A DNA stretch of 29,835 bases from a virus (Duplodnaviria; Caudoviricetes): IMG/VR virus record IMGVR_UViG_3300017766_000977, positions 1-29,835 of that record, one strand, 5' to 3'. A program made the position numbers and the translations under genes. Below the pieces are notes generated by a model. That model was not told the DNA's origin, ran no database searches, and was given only the letters and a program-made list of their open reading frames with translations. Below are positions 1 to 8,390 of this stretch, one piece after another (the first letter of the stretch is position 1; each line of letters begins with the position of its first letter).

Positions 1-123
1 AGAAGGTTATCAATTCTATGTAGGCCCAGTTACAATGAAAGCTTATCAAGCTGCTTTGTCTGCTGGTAACTACAACTTCCAATTCTATGTTGGTGAGAAG
101 CCAATGAACTTCCAAGGTATTCC
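1..123. repeat. Direct terminal repeat, left copy (assembly overlap of a circular/permuted genome)
   Basis: 1-123 is identical to 29713-29835, and the capsid reading frame continues across the junction. Confidence 0.97.
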
Positions 124-340
124 TGTTACTATGTGCCCAGGTTTAAATGATTCTGATTGTGTATTAGGTTTGAAATCTGATCTACACTTCGGTACTGGAT
201 TATTAAGTGATTTCAACGAAGTTAAAGTTTTAGATATGAGCAACCTTGACGGATCTCAGAATGTTAGAACTATCATGAGATTCACTGGCGGTATCATTGC
301 TACTAATCCAACTCAACAAGTTGTATTGAATATTAGCTAA
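1..340 (+). CDS. Major capsid protein, C-terminal part (gene starts at 29135 and wraps; ~305 aa)
   Basis: In frame with the ORF from 29135 after removing the 123-bp overlap. Follows protease and scaffold genes and is followed by a terminator. The ATG at 35 is internal. Confidence 0.88.
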   Translation, partial: EGYQFYVGPVTMKAYQAALSAGNYNFQFYVGEKPMNFQGIPVTMCPGLNDSDCVLGLKSDLHFGTGLLSDFNEVKVLDMSNLDGSQNVRTIMRFTGGIIATNPTQQVVLNIS

Positions 341-364
341 TCAATAGTAAAATAATAAATGTAT

Positions 365-393
365 AAAGGGTGGGTAATGCCCACCTTTTTTTT
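365..393 (+). terminator. Intrinsic terminator after the capsid gene
   Basis: Stem-loop GGTGGGT-AAT-GCCCACC followed by T8. Confidence 0.9.
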
Positions 394-415
394 AAACTTT
401 TAAATAAATAATAAA

Positions 416-973
416 ATGGCTTGTAATACAATAGACGCTCGTTTAGAGCCTTGCAAAGAATATCTTGGTGGGATCCAAGGTATGTTTTTAATTCCATTCG
501 TTTGGAGTGATGTAATAACAATTGACGGCACTGGTGCGGTTACTAAAATTGCACAATCTGGTGGCGTTACTTTAGATACTGGATACTTTTGGGAGTTAAA
601 AGGTGCAAACAGTTTTACCGACACCATCACTTCTTCAAGAGATAACGGCACAACTTTCCACGAATCAAACTTAACCGTTAAATTTAAACCAAAATCACAA
701 GCAACTCCTTGGTTAGATACTAAAGATGTTGAAACTTTAGCAACTGGCCGTTAGAGAGTGGTTGTTTGGGATAGAAACGACAATTTCTGGTTATTAGGTG
801 AGGAATTTGGTTGTGATGTAACAACTGGTTCTGAAGATTGGGGAACTTTACTTGGTGATGCTCGTACTTATACTTTAAGCTTTATTGCTTCAGAAAAGTA
901 TGGCCCAAGACCGTTGGCTGCAGTAACTTACGCTGGCTTGTCAACTATCTTTACTCCAGATGTAACTCCATAA
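416..973 (+). CDS. Probable major tail (tube) protein, 185 codons, interrupted by one in-frame TAG at 752-754
   Basis: ORFs 416-754 and 758-973 share a frame (GGC CGT TAG AGA GTG). The joined protein (MAC...EPCK...GGI...GTTF...GR*RVVVWDRNDNFWLLG...YTLSF..SE) resembles a single structural protein that follows the capsid in Bacteroidota phages. Flanked by terminators. Confidence 0.7.
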
Positions 974-995
974 TTAATAAGTGTACATAGGTGAG

Positions 996-1020
996 AAGGG
1001 GGCAGAGATGCCCCTTTTTT
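996..1020 (+). terminator. Intrinsic terminator
   Basis: GGGGCA-GAGA-TGCCCC followed by T6. Confidence 0.9.
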
Positions 1021-1023
1021 ATT

Positions 1024-1052
1024 GTAACAAAATGAGGCATTTAGGTTTTATT
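1024..1052 (+). promoter_or_regulatory. Putative phage late (ECF-like) promoter
   Basis: GTAACAA-N14-GTTTTATT, 33 nt before ATG 1057. The same motif precedes several structural genes. Confidence 0.7.
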
Positions 1053-1056
1053 AAAT

Positions 1057-1401
1057 ATGGTTATCAATTCAAGCTCGACAAGTATATCATTTCATCCGCT
1101 TATTGCGTTTGATGGTTTGCCAGTAACACTTGAAATTGAACATAAAGCCACCAAGACATTAGTAACTGCAACTGTAACGCCTACAATAGTGGGTACTAAA
1201 GTTACATTGACACTTCCATCACTTGCCACCATCAACGCAGTGGCTAATCAATTAGACGAATTAAACATCAGAGTAATTCAATCAAGCAAAATGTATTTTG
1301 AATACCTGGCTTATTGGATAGTTGGTTCTATTGATGAGTACAGACAATGGAAGTCTTGGTCAACTACAAACACAAACAGTAAAAACTGGATCACATTATA
1401 A
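1057..1401 (+). CDS. Hypothetical, probably virion-associated protein
   Basis: 114 aa, between a late promoter and the portal gene; its stop overlaps the portal ATG. Confidence 0.7.
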   Translation: MVINSSSTSISFHPLIAFDGLPVTLEIEHKATKTLVTATVTPTIVGTKVTLTLPSLATINAVANQLDELNIRVIQSSKMYFEYLAYWIVGSIDEYRQWKSWSTTNTNSKNWITL

Positions 1402-3320
1402 TGGCTACACGCAAAAAAAATATTCCAAGTTACCACATCATCAATATGGCTGGTTATACAAGCCCATCAATTGTTGAGCAAACAAATAAAGATTGGGTTG
1501 AGTACGGTGCTGATAATAACTACTATCAATATTTAATTGATTTGTATTATAGCTCACCTACAAACAACGCTTGTATCAAGGGTAAATCTGATATGATTTA
1601 TGGCTATGGCCCAGAGGTTGTAAAAGCTGATCGTCATTTAAAAGGTTATTTAGATTTCAAAACCATCTTCCAAAACGAAGAGGTTAAAAAGTGCGTAATG
1701 GATTTGACAATGCTTGGTATGTGTGCATTCCAAATTGTAAAGTCTAAAGACGGCAAAAAGTATGTGAGGGCTTACCACTTCCCAATGCAAACTTTAAGGC
1801 CACAAAAAGCCAATGATAAAGGCGAAATTGAAAAATGGTACTATTGTGCGGATTGGTCAAAATTAAAGAAGGGCCAAAAGCCAAAAGAGTTCGCAGCGTT
1901 TGGATATGATGAAAGTGCTAAAGAATGTATGCTTGTAATCAAGCCTTATTCAACTGGCAATTTCTATTTTGCACCACCAGACTATCAAGGCGGTACTCAA
2001 TATTGTGAGCTTGAAGGTGAGATAAGTAACTACCATCTAAACAATATTAAAAATGGCCTGGCTCCAAGTATGTTGATTAACTTTAACAATGGGGAACCAA
2101 GTGAGGAGATTAAAGATGCAATTGAAGCTCAAATCAATGCTAAATTCGGTGGAAGTTCAAATACTGGCCGTGCAATCGTATCTTTTAACGAGAGCAAAGA
2201 TTCTGCGGCGGATATTACTCCAGTTGCTTTAAGTGATGCTGCGGACCAGTATCAATTTTTAAGCACAGAATGTATTGATAAAATTTTATTGGCTCATAGA
2301 ATCACCAGTCCTTTATTATTCGGTGTTAAAAATAGTGGTAACGGATTCTCAAGCAATGCTGAGGAGTTAAAAACCGCAAGTATCTTATTTGACAATATTG
2401 TTATCAGACCATTCCAGAATCTATTGATTGATGCTTTTAATAAGGTGCTTTTGAAGAACGAAGTAATGGTTGATATATACTTTAAGACTTTACAACCATT
2501 GGAGTTCGTTGATTTAAGCGGAGTGGCTATTGACACTACAACTAAGGAGAAGGAATACGGCTTTTCTAAAGTTGAAATGGTTCAAAAAAAAAGTGGTGAG
2601 AGCAAAGAGGATTTTTTAGGAAGATGTATTCCTATTGTTATTGCTGAAGGTAAAGACAAAGAACAAGCAGCGGCAATTTGTTATTCTTATTTTGAGGGAA
2701 GTGATAAACCAAAGATGACTGAGGAAGATGAGAATGCCTGGTTAGCTTTCTTGCAAGATAAAGGCGAAGAGATTGACCTAAACGAATGGGAGGTTATAGA
2801 CATCCAAGAGGCAAACGATGAGGATGATCATTTCGAATTTGGATACGATAATCCAGATATGAAGTCTAAAGACGATACTGGTATTTTTAAGATAAGATAC
2901 CGTTACGGCCCAGACAGAGTGAGTAAAAACTCAAGAAAGTTCTGCAAAGAAATGACCAACCTATCAAAAAAAGGGGTTGTTTATCGTCGTGAAGATATCA
3001 ATATAATGAGTTTTAACGGTGTTAACGGTCAATTTGCCCCAGAGGGATCAAGCAATTATAGTATCTGGAAGTTCAAAGGCGGTGTTTATTGCCATCACGC
3101 TTGGTATAGAGTAACATACAGACGCAAAACTGAAGGCGGTAAAATAAAGCCACTTACTCCAAGTGAGAAAAATAGCGACGAAAGGGATATGCGTAACTAT
3201 GAGAAGGTATCTGATGCAACTGCAAATAGAGAAGGTGTGCCATTTGCTCCACCAAGCTGGGATACGGCAAGCACAAAAACGATTGATTTACCCAACAGAG
3301 GAAGTTTAAAGAATAAATAA
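1401..3320 (+). CDS. Portal protein with a C-terminal extension
   Basis: The first ~390 aa have portal-like motifs (WVEYGADNNY, SPTNNACI, NNIKNGLAPS, AHRITSPLLFG, IRPFQ). The C-terminal part has FC and CHH motifs reminiscent of head-morphogenesis (MuF/SPP1 gp7-like) domains. Confidence 0.82.
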   Translation: MATRKKNIPSYHIINMAGYTSPSIVEQTNKDWVEYGADNNYYQYLIDLYYSSPTNNACIKGKSDMIYGYGPEVVKADRHLKGYLDFKTIFQNEEVKKCVMDLTMLGMCAFQIVKSKDGKKYVRAYHFPMQTLRPQKANDKGEIEKWYYCADWSKLKKGQKPKEFAAFGYDESAKECMLVIKPYSTGNFYFAPPDYQGGTQYCELEGEISNYHLNNIKNGLAPSMLINFNNGEPSEEIKDAIEAQINAKFGGSSNTGRAIVSFNESKDSAADITPVALSDAADQYQFLSTECIDKILLAHRITSPLLFGVKNSGNGFSSNAEELKTASILFDNIVIRPFQNLLIDAFNKVLLKNEVMVDIYFKTLQPLEFVDLSGVAIDTTTKEKEYGFSKVEMVQKKSGESKEDFLGRCIPIVIAEGKDKEQAAAICYSYFEGSDKPKMTEEDENAWLAFLQDKGEEIDLNEWEVIDIQEANDEDDHFEFGYDNPDMKSKDDTGIFKIRYRYGPDRVSKNSRKFCKEMTNLSKKGVVYRREDINIMSFNGVNGQFAPEGSSNYSIWKFKGGVYCHHAWYRVTYRRKTEGGKIKPLTPSEKNSDERDMRNYEKVSDATANREGVPFAPPSWDTASTKTIDLPNRGSLKNK

Positions 3321-3322
3321 CG

Positions 3323-3835
3323 ATGCAAACGAATGATAATGTTTTACTGGTAACTAAAGAGGATATTTACAAGTATACTCAATTAAAAGGCAATGTCGAT
3401 ATTGACAACATTAGCCCTTTTATTAAGGTCGCTCAGGATATTGAAATCCAAGGTGTACTTGGTACTGTGCTTTATAGGAAGATTTTGACCGATGTAATGA
3501 ATAACACATTAGCTGGTAACTATCTAACCTTGACAAGTTATTACATCCAGCCTATGTTGATCCATTATGCAATGGCGGACTTCGTGCAATTCCATAACTA
3601 TGAGGTGAGCAACGCTGGTATCTTAAAAAACAATCCAGAAAATACGGTTGTATTGGATCGTTTTGAGGTTGAAGCATTGGTTAAAAGATACAGACAGATT
3701 GCTGAAACATATAGGAAGCGTTTAGTGGATTATATCACTTTGAATGTAGGCTTATATCCTGAATATGTGGCCTATCAAAATGGCGGAGAATATCCTTATA
3801 GCACACCAACTAATTACACTACCTGGAATCTATGA
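3323..3835 (+). CDS. Probable head-tail adaptor/connector protein
   Basis: 170 aa directly after the portal; helical; motifs AQD..IQ.VLGT.LY and YPEY typical of this position. Confidence 0.65.
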   Translation: MQTNDNVLLVTKEDIYKYTQLKGNVDIDNISPFIKVAQDIEIQGVLGTVLYRKILTDVMNNTLAGNYLTLTSYYIQPMLIHYAMADFVQFHNYEVSNAGILKNNPENTVVLDRFEVEALVKRYRQIAETYRKRLVDYITLNVGLYPEYVAYQNGGEYPYSTPTNYTTWNL

Positions 3836-3951
3836 AGAAACAGTATAAGCCAAAGGCGGATAATATTGCAAAATTAAAAGACTATTTTTTAAACTTAAAG
3901 AAAAATGAAAATGCGAAAAATATCAAAGGTTTACTTACACTATGTAAGTGA
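3832..3951 (+). CDS. Small basic protein (39 aa, MKKQYKPKADNIAKLKDYFL...)
   Basis: Read manually; ATGA overlap with the upstream stop; below the ORF-track cutoff. Confidence 0.55.
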   Translation: MKKQYKPKADNIAKLKDYFLNLKKNENAKNIKGLLTLCK

Positions 3952-4174
3952 TTTGACAAACACAAAAGACTATCACTTTGTAATTGATGAGCTACCAAGC
4001 CAACCATTGAGCTTGATGAGTGCATCGGCTATTGATGGCGACATCGAGGCTTTACATATTGCATCTTTGACAAGTGAATCTATGCCAATGTATGTTGGCG
4101 AGATTATGGAAGCGTTGCAATTAACTTGCGATATTACCATCGTTGAGGAAACACCAAAGAAAAAGAAAAAATGA
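3905..4174 (+). CDS. Hypothetical protein, possibly a degenerate amidase
   Basis: MRKISKVYLH...YHFVID resembles the N-terminus of Amidase_2/T7-lysozyme-like endolysins, but it is only 89 aa. Confidence 0.5.
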   Translation: MKMRKISKVYLHYVSDLTNTKDYHFVIDELPSQPLSLMSASAIDGDIEALHIASLTSESMPMYVGEIMEALQLTCDITIVEETPKKKKK

Positions 4175-4572
4175 GGGCTTTAATCCTTATATTGTTTTTT
4201 AGCAGTTGCTCGGCTTCTTGGCATTTACAAAGGGCCTTAATTAAAGATCCATCATTGTTTAGACCAAGAAATTGGGTAATTGATACAGTATTGATGACTG
4301 ATTCATTTCATAGCGTTGATACATTCACGCTTAATGAGGTTGACACTTTTATCACAGATACTGGCAAGGTCCGATTAACAATTTACAGAAACAGAAACTT
4401 TTTTAAAACTGATATAAAGGTTAAACAAGACACGATAAGATTAACCAAAACGATTGAAATGCCTCCACAAATCATTTATAAAAAAGGTGATTTGGGATTG
4501 AATTTAAAACTATTGATTTTGGGAATTGTTATCGGCTTATTTTTAAGATTATTATGGAAAAGAAATTCGTAA
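4171..4572 (+). CDS. Lipoprotein with a C-terminal TM helix, u-spanin-like
   Basis: Signal peptide and lipobox MRALILILFFSS-C, beta-rich DT-repeat middle, then hydrophobic LKLLILGIVIGLFL followed by basic residues. Confidence 0.65.
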   Translation: MRALILILFFSSCSASWHLQRALIKDPSLFRPRNWVIDTVLMTDSFHSVDTFTLNEVDTFITDTGKVRLTIYRNRNFFKTDIKVKQDTIRLTKTIEMPPQIIYKKGDLGLNLKLLILGIVIGLFLRLLWKRNS

Positions 4573-4709
4573 CCCCATCGAGAGTGAACCCAAAGCCTGG
4601 TTCATCCAGAGCTTGTTTGTGCAAGGACAAAAATACCTACGACAAAAAGTGTTGTGATGGATCAATGTGGGCGCAAGGAATTGGACAGATTACAAGGACT
4701 TTGCCTTAG
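4554..4709 (+). CDS. Small Cys-rich protein (51 aa, ...RACLCKDKNTYDKKCCDGSMWAQGIG...)
   Basis: Read manually; fills the gap between genes; CxC and CC motifs. Confidence 0.7.
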   Translation: MEKKFVTPSRVNPKPGSSRACLCKDKNTYDKKCCDGSMWAQGIGQITRTLP

Positions 4710-4710
4710 T

Positions 4711-4740
4711 GTAACAATTTACAATTTAAAAGTATTATAT
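4711..4740 (+). promoter_or_regulatory. Putative phage late (ECF-like) promoter
   Basis: GTAACAA-N14-GTATTATAT, 32 nt before ATG 4743. Confidence 0.7.
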
Positions 4741-4742
4741 AT

Positions 4743-5015
4743 ATGAGTATAAGTGCAACATCATTCTCGGCTGGATACACTGGTTGTAAAGTCGTTTCAA
4801 ATACAAGTGCAAACACTGGTACATTTAGAGGTTTTGTGGTTAACGCTGATGCGGTTGTTTCAGCAATTCTTGATCAAGCAAGTGCATCTTTGATGACATC
4901 TTTAGGATTGAGTGGCGTAACTTTGAAGCAAGGAGCGTTTATTTGTGTGCCAGATGGTACATACATAAGCTCAATTACCTTGACAAGTGGTTCAGTAATA
5001 ATGTACAATATCTAA
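4743..5015 (+). CDS. Small beta-rich structural protein (possible fibre/spike base)
   Basis: 90 aa, Ser/Thr/Gly-rich, ends ITLTSGSVIMY; precedes the fibre-like gene. Confidence 0.65.
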   Translation: MSISATSFSAGYTGCKVVSNTSANTGTFRGFVVNADAVVSAILDQASASLMTSLGLSGVTLKQGAFICVPDGTYISSITLTSGSVIMYNI

Positions 5016-5017
5016 GG

Positions 5018-6376
5018 ATGTATTTTGGCCCATCAATAAGTGTAGGAAGGCGAGGTGTCAGCTATGGGGATAGTGATGCCCAGGCTTTTATTGCTGCAAC
5101 TGGACTAACTGGAACAACGGAGGTTAATGCAGTTAATAATCTTGTAGCAAATCTTAAATCTTACGGCCTATGGTCTAAGATGAAAGCTATTTATCCTTTT
5201 GTTTCTGATACTTACAACATGTTTTCATATACTGAAGATTTTACAAATGGGTACTATGGCAAAACTTCATTATCTGTAACGGCTAATACCACGACTGCAC
5301 CAAATGGTACTACAACTGCGGATACTGTAACCGTTACAGGAACTTCAGATAATTTATTAAGGGCTGGATATGGGGCATCAAGCTTTGATTCTAATGTATA
5401 TCAAACAACATCTATTTATGTAAAAAAAGGCAACGCCAGATGGTTTAAAATTAGAAACATTTATGCTTCTGATGGTGTAGGTAATGCTTGGTTTGATTTG
5501 GATAATGGGACATTAGGGACTATTGGAAGTGGACAAACTGCAACTATTACAAGTGTTGGAAACGGATGGTATAGATTAACTTTGACGGCTTATAAACCTA
5601 CTGGGGCGACTAATATAGTTGATTTTAGTGTAACTGCAAACAACGGGTCAAATCAAGGGAATGTAAATGATTTCACATATATTTGGGGGTCTCAAGTACA
5701 AGTAAGTGCAACTGCTACTGATTACCAACCAATAGCCACAACTCCAGCAAACAGATTTGTAAGCCAATTCAAATATAACCTTAAAGACGCAAGAGACCTT
5801 GACGCAGCGTTTAGATTAGCGTTTAACGGTACTTGGACATATAGTAAACAAGGTGCAACGCCTAATGGGGTGAATGGATATGCAGACACTTTTTTTAATC
5901 CAAGTGTAAATGCAATAACAAATAGTAATTCATTAGGTATGTATGTGAATGTAGGGAATACTGCATTTACTACAATGACAGACCCTGTAAATATGGGATG
6001 TTTAAATACTTCAGGGCCTATCGCATCAACGCTTGTAGTATCTCAAACTTCTTACACTTCAAGATTAAATAGTGCTTTAATTAGTGCAACCATCACAGAT
6101 TCTGTTGGTATGTACACTTCAACAAAGCAAAGTGCAACGGTAACAAAATTATTTAAATATGGGTCGAGTTTAAACTCTGGAAATTCTGGAGGGACTTTGC
6201 CAAATTTAAAGGCATTTATTGGGACTTGTAATTTGAACGGTTCGCCTTATTCAAGTGGTTATGTAAATAATAGATTTGCATTTGCTCATTTATCTGACGG
6301 TTTAACAGACACAGAGGCAACAAACCTATATACTTCGGTTCAGGCGTTCCAAACTGCGTTGGCTCGCCAAGTTTAA
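5018..6376 (+). CDS. Fibre/spike-like virion protein with a probable carbohydrate-binding insert
   Basis: Likely start is ATG 5018, right after the upstream stop. Thr/Gly/Asn-rich, with motifs DAQAFI, WSKMKAIYPF, TAPNGTTTAD, VGNGWYR, IWGSQ and NLKDARDLDAAFRL. Confidence 0.7.
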   Translation: MYFGPSISVGRRGVSYGDSDAQAFIAATGLTGTTEVNAVNNLVANLKSYGLWSKMKAIYPFVSDTYNMFSYTEDFTNGYYGKTSLSVTANTTTAPNGTTTADTVTVTGTSDNLLRAGYGASSFDSNVYQTTSIYVKKGNARWFKIRNIYASDGVGNAWFDLDNGTLGTIGSGQTATITSVGNGWYRLTLTAYKPTGATNIVDFSVTANNGSNQGNVNDFTYIWGSQVQVSATATDYQPIATTPANRFVSQFKYNLKDARDLDAAFRLAFNGTWTYSKQGATPNGVNGYADTFFNPSVNAITNSNSLGMYVNVGNTAFTTMTDPVNMGCLNTSGPIASTLVVSQTSYTSRLNSALISATITDSVGMYTSTKQSATVTKLFKYGSSLNSGNSGGTLPNLKAFIGTCNLNGSPYSSGYVNNRFAFAHLSDGLTDTEATNLYTSVQAFQTALARQV

Positions 6377-6389
6377 ATAATATAATAAA

Positions 6390-6614
6390 ATGGAAGGTTA
6401 CCTTTTAGACATATCACAAAAAGAATCAATTCAAGGCGTAATGTACGCCCCTGACCAATACTTCAACTGTGTGCAAGACATCAACGCAGATTGGTTCACA
6501 TTCTTGTCAGCTGATGACATCGTAATAATAACTAATTCAGAATGGGCGTGGATTTTAGACTGTCCATTTGTTGAGTACATACCACCAATTCCACCGACTC
6601 CAATCAATGAATAA
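6390..6614 (+). CDS. Small acidic protein, possible fibre chaperone
   Basis: 74 aa right after the fibre gene, with a Pro-rich C-terminus. Confidence 0.6.
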   Translation: MEGYLLDISQKESIQGVMYAPDQYFNCVQDINADWFTFLSADDIVIITNSEWAWILDCPFVEYIPPIPPTPINE

Positions 6615-6798
6615 CAACGATAACATAGCCGACGCATTAACAACTACAACTTTCGTTGGGGGTATAGCTCATTTTATGACAAGCGTACAACCCATCGTTT
6701 CTTTTATCTGGGGTTTAGTGGCTATTGTATCGGGTATCTTTGCTATTCGTTATTATTACTTTAAAACAAAAAACATCAATGGCAAAGAAGGGGAGTAA
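6607..6798 (+). CDS. Holin-like membrane protein
   Basis: ATG 6607 overlaps the upstream end. Hydrophobic IVSFIWGLVAIVSGIFAI is followed by a basic tail; near the endolysin. Confidence 0.6.
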   Translation: MNNNDNIADALTTTTFVGGIAHFMTSVQPIVSFIWGLVAIVSGIFAIRYYYFKTKNINGKEGE

Positions 6799-6910
6799 GG
6801 TTGATGTATTAAAGATGTTTAAAGTGAAGCCTAAAAAGAATAATAAGGGCGTTCACAGTAAAAACTCAAAGCCAGATAAAAAATACAGAGGCCAGGGACG
6901 ATGCAGATAA
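6779..6910 (+). CDS. Small highly basic protein ending KKYRGQGRCR (43 aa)
   Basis: Likely start ATG 6779; Lys-rich; overlaps both neighbours. Confidence 0.6.
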   Translation: MAKKGSKVDVLKMFKVKPKKNNKGVHSKNSKPDKKYRGQGRCR

Positions 6911-7095
6911 AATTTAAACCATATTTCAGCCCAACACAAAAGCAAGTCCGTATGTTCGGCGACGCAATCGCTGGGGCAACTATATTTGTAGCTTCATTTA
7001 ATTTGAATGATCCAGAGCTTATGAGATGGTGTGCAATTATTGGTGGTTGTGGTAAATTCTTAAGTAATTTTATTCAAGTCGATGGTATCAAGTAA
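6901..7095 (+). CDS. Small membrane-associated protein (second holin/antiholin candidate)
   Basis: 64 aa, two weakly hydrophobic segments, directly before the endolysin. Confidence 0.5.
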   Translation: MQIKFKPYFSPTQKQVRMFGDAIAGATIFVASFNLNDPELMRWCAIIGGCGKFLSNFIQVDGIK

Positions 7096-7501
7096 ACAGT
7101 GTTTAGCAAAATTTGGTGAGCCGTCAGCATCTAATAAGTGTATGACACTTTGGGATGTGCCAACAGAATTGGAAATTGGGATCATACCTAAAAGAATATT
7201 TTGCAATCGTTTGATGGTTGAGCCACTTAAAAAAGCGTTTAAGAATCTTATTGATACTGGGGCGGTAAAAGAGCTTAAGACCTGGGATGGATGTTTTAAC
7301 ATTAGAAAAAAAAGAGGCCTATCAACTATGAGCTTACATTCTTGGGGATTGGCTATTGATGTAAACGCCTTTGAAAACGGATTATACCAAACGCCTAAAC
7401 TATCACCTACATTCGCCAAATGCTTTACTGACGCTGGGTTTGATTGGGGTGGTACCTGGCTTCGCTGCGATGCGATGCATTTTCAGTTATCCTCCATTTA
7501 A
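7082..7501 (+). CDS. Endolysin, M15 family Zn peptidase (L-Ala-D-Glu peptidase-like)
   Basis: SLHSWGLAID (H..D Zn ligands), WGGTW and DAMHFQ. Confidence 0.88.
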   Translation: MVSSKQCLAKFGEPSASNKCMTLWDVPTELEIGIIPKRIFCNRLMVEPLKKAFKNLIDTGAVKELKTWDGCFNIRKKRGLSTMSLHSWGLAIDVNAFENGLYQTPKLSPTFAKCFTDAGFDWGGTWLRCDAMHFQLSSI

Positions 7502-7520
7502 AAAATTTTATCATATTTAT

Positions 7521-7551
7521 TTTGTTTTTACAATTCTAAATAGTACCTTTG
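7521..7551 (+). promoter_or_regulatory. Host-type (Bacteroidota primary sigma) early promoter
   Basis: TTTG-N19-TACCTTTG matches the -33/-7 consensus TTTG...TAnnTTTG. Confidence 0.8.
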
Positions 7552-7561
7552 TACCATCAAT

Positions 7562-7795
7562 ATGAAAACAATAGAACTTTTTAGACTTGCCAAGAGATTT
7601 GAGCAACTCTACAGAATCAAGACACGCTTACCTATTGAGGCCGTTGGTAATGTGGTTACCATTTCAATGCACTATGAACACCTATTTGTATGGGCTTTAC
7701 AACAAAAGAAGCATTACAAATTTGAAATCATTATGGGTATGTTGGTTGCACAAAAAAAGTATGGGGATTCAATTTTAAAAATAAACCTATGGTAA
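7562..7795 (+). CDS. Early hypothetical protein
   Basis: 77 aa directly after an early promoter. Confidence 0.65.
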   Translation: MKTIELFRLAKRFEQLYRIKTRLPIEAVGNVVTISMHYEHLFVWALQQKKHYKFEIIMGMLVAQKKYGDSILKINLW

Positions 7796-8073
7796 TCACA
7801 GAACACTTGCCGAGCATTATGCAATACTCAGAAGACGATGTTATTGAGTTTATGAAACTTAAAAAAGGAGATTATCTTTTTTGGTGGAGTGAGTTTGGTG
7901 ATGGCCCTCGCTTTGTAAACAAGTTTGAGGAGATGCGTATGCGTAATGGCATCCCAATCATCTATTCACAGAAACAATATGGTGGCTTGGTTTGGGGTTA
8001 CCTTGGCCAATACAAAACAATCAAGAAAAATATGAACTATCCGCCAACTATGTTTTGGAAAATTACAAAATAA
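7789..8073 (+). CDS. Early hypothetical protein
   Basis: 94 aa, overlapping the upstream ORF. Confidence 0.65.
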   Translation: MVITEHLPSIMQYSEDDVIEFMKLKKGDYLFWWSEFGDGPRFVNKFEEMRMRNGIPIIYSQKQYGGLVWGYLGQYKTIKKNMNYPPTMFWKITK

Positions 8074-8085
8074 AATATAAATTCG
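8054..8085 (+). promoter_or_regulatory. Host-type promoter variant
   Basis: TTTG-N20-TAAATTCG; its spacer start (GAAAATTACAAAA) is nearly identical to that of the promoter at 9514. Confidence 0.55.
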
Positions 8086-8096
8086 CAATGTCAAAT

Positions 8097-8390
8097 ATGA
8101 AATACAACACAGATTTAGGGGTTGGGAATTACCCTACCTATCAAATGATTGAGAACCTTGACGGTATCATCAACATCGAACAATTTTTATTATCTAATCC
8201 AAGCTTTGATGCACAAACACTTTACCTTTATGTATACAAAGCTATCAGAGGCAAAATAGTGGAGTATTCTGGCGATAACCCAGAACCACTTTACAAAATG
8301 CTTATGATACTATTGGATGAGATTGAATGGGACATTATTATCAAACAAATAGAATATGGAAGAACAAACAATGCAAGTGGCCTTGAGTGA
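8097..8390 (+). CDS. Early hypothetical protein
   Basis: Same frame as the 7992-8390 track ORF; start is likely ATG 8097 (or 8088) given the promoter position. Confidence 0.6.
   Translation: MKYNTDLGVGNYPTYQMIENLDGIINIEQFLLSNPSFDAQTLYLYVYKAIRGKIVEYSGDNPEPLYKMLMILLDEIEWDIIIKQIEYGRTNNASGLE

Noticed and set aside
1-123. 123-bp repeat as a biological terminal repeat
   Set aside because: It falls mid-capsid gene, and the PBSX/SPP1-like terminase suggests headful packaging; assembly overlap is more likely.
4554-5015. TAG readthrough at 4707-4709 would fuse the Cys-rich ORF to 4743-5015 in frame
   Set aside because: The short spacer is occupied by the late promoter motif and the downstream gene has its own ATG.
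5018-6376. Diversity-generating retroelement targeting the fibre gene
   Set aside because: No reverse transcriptase and no template/variable repeat pair were seen.
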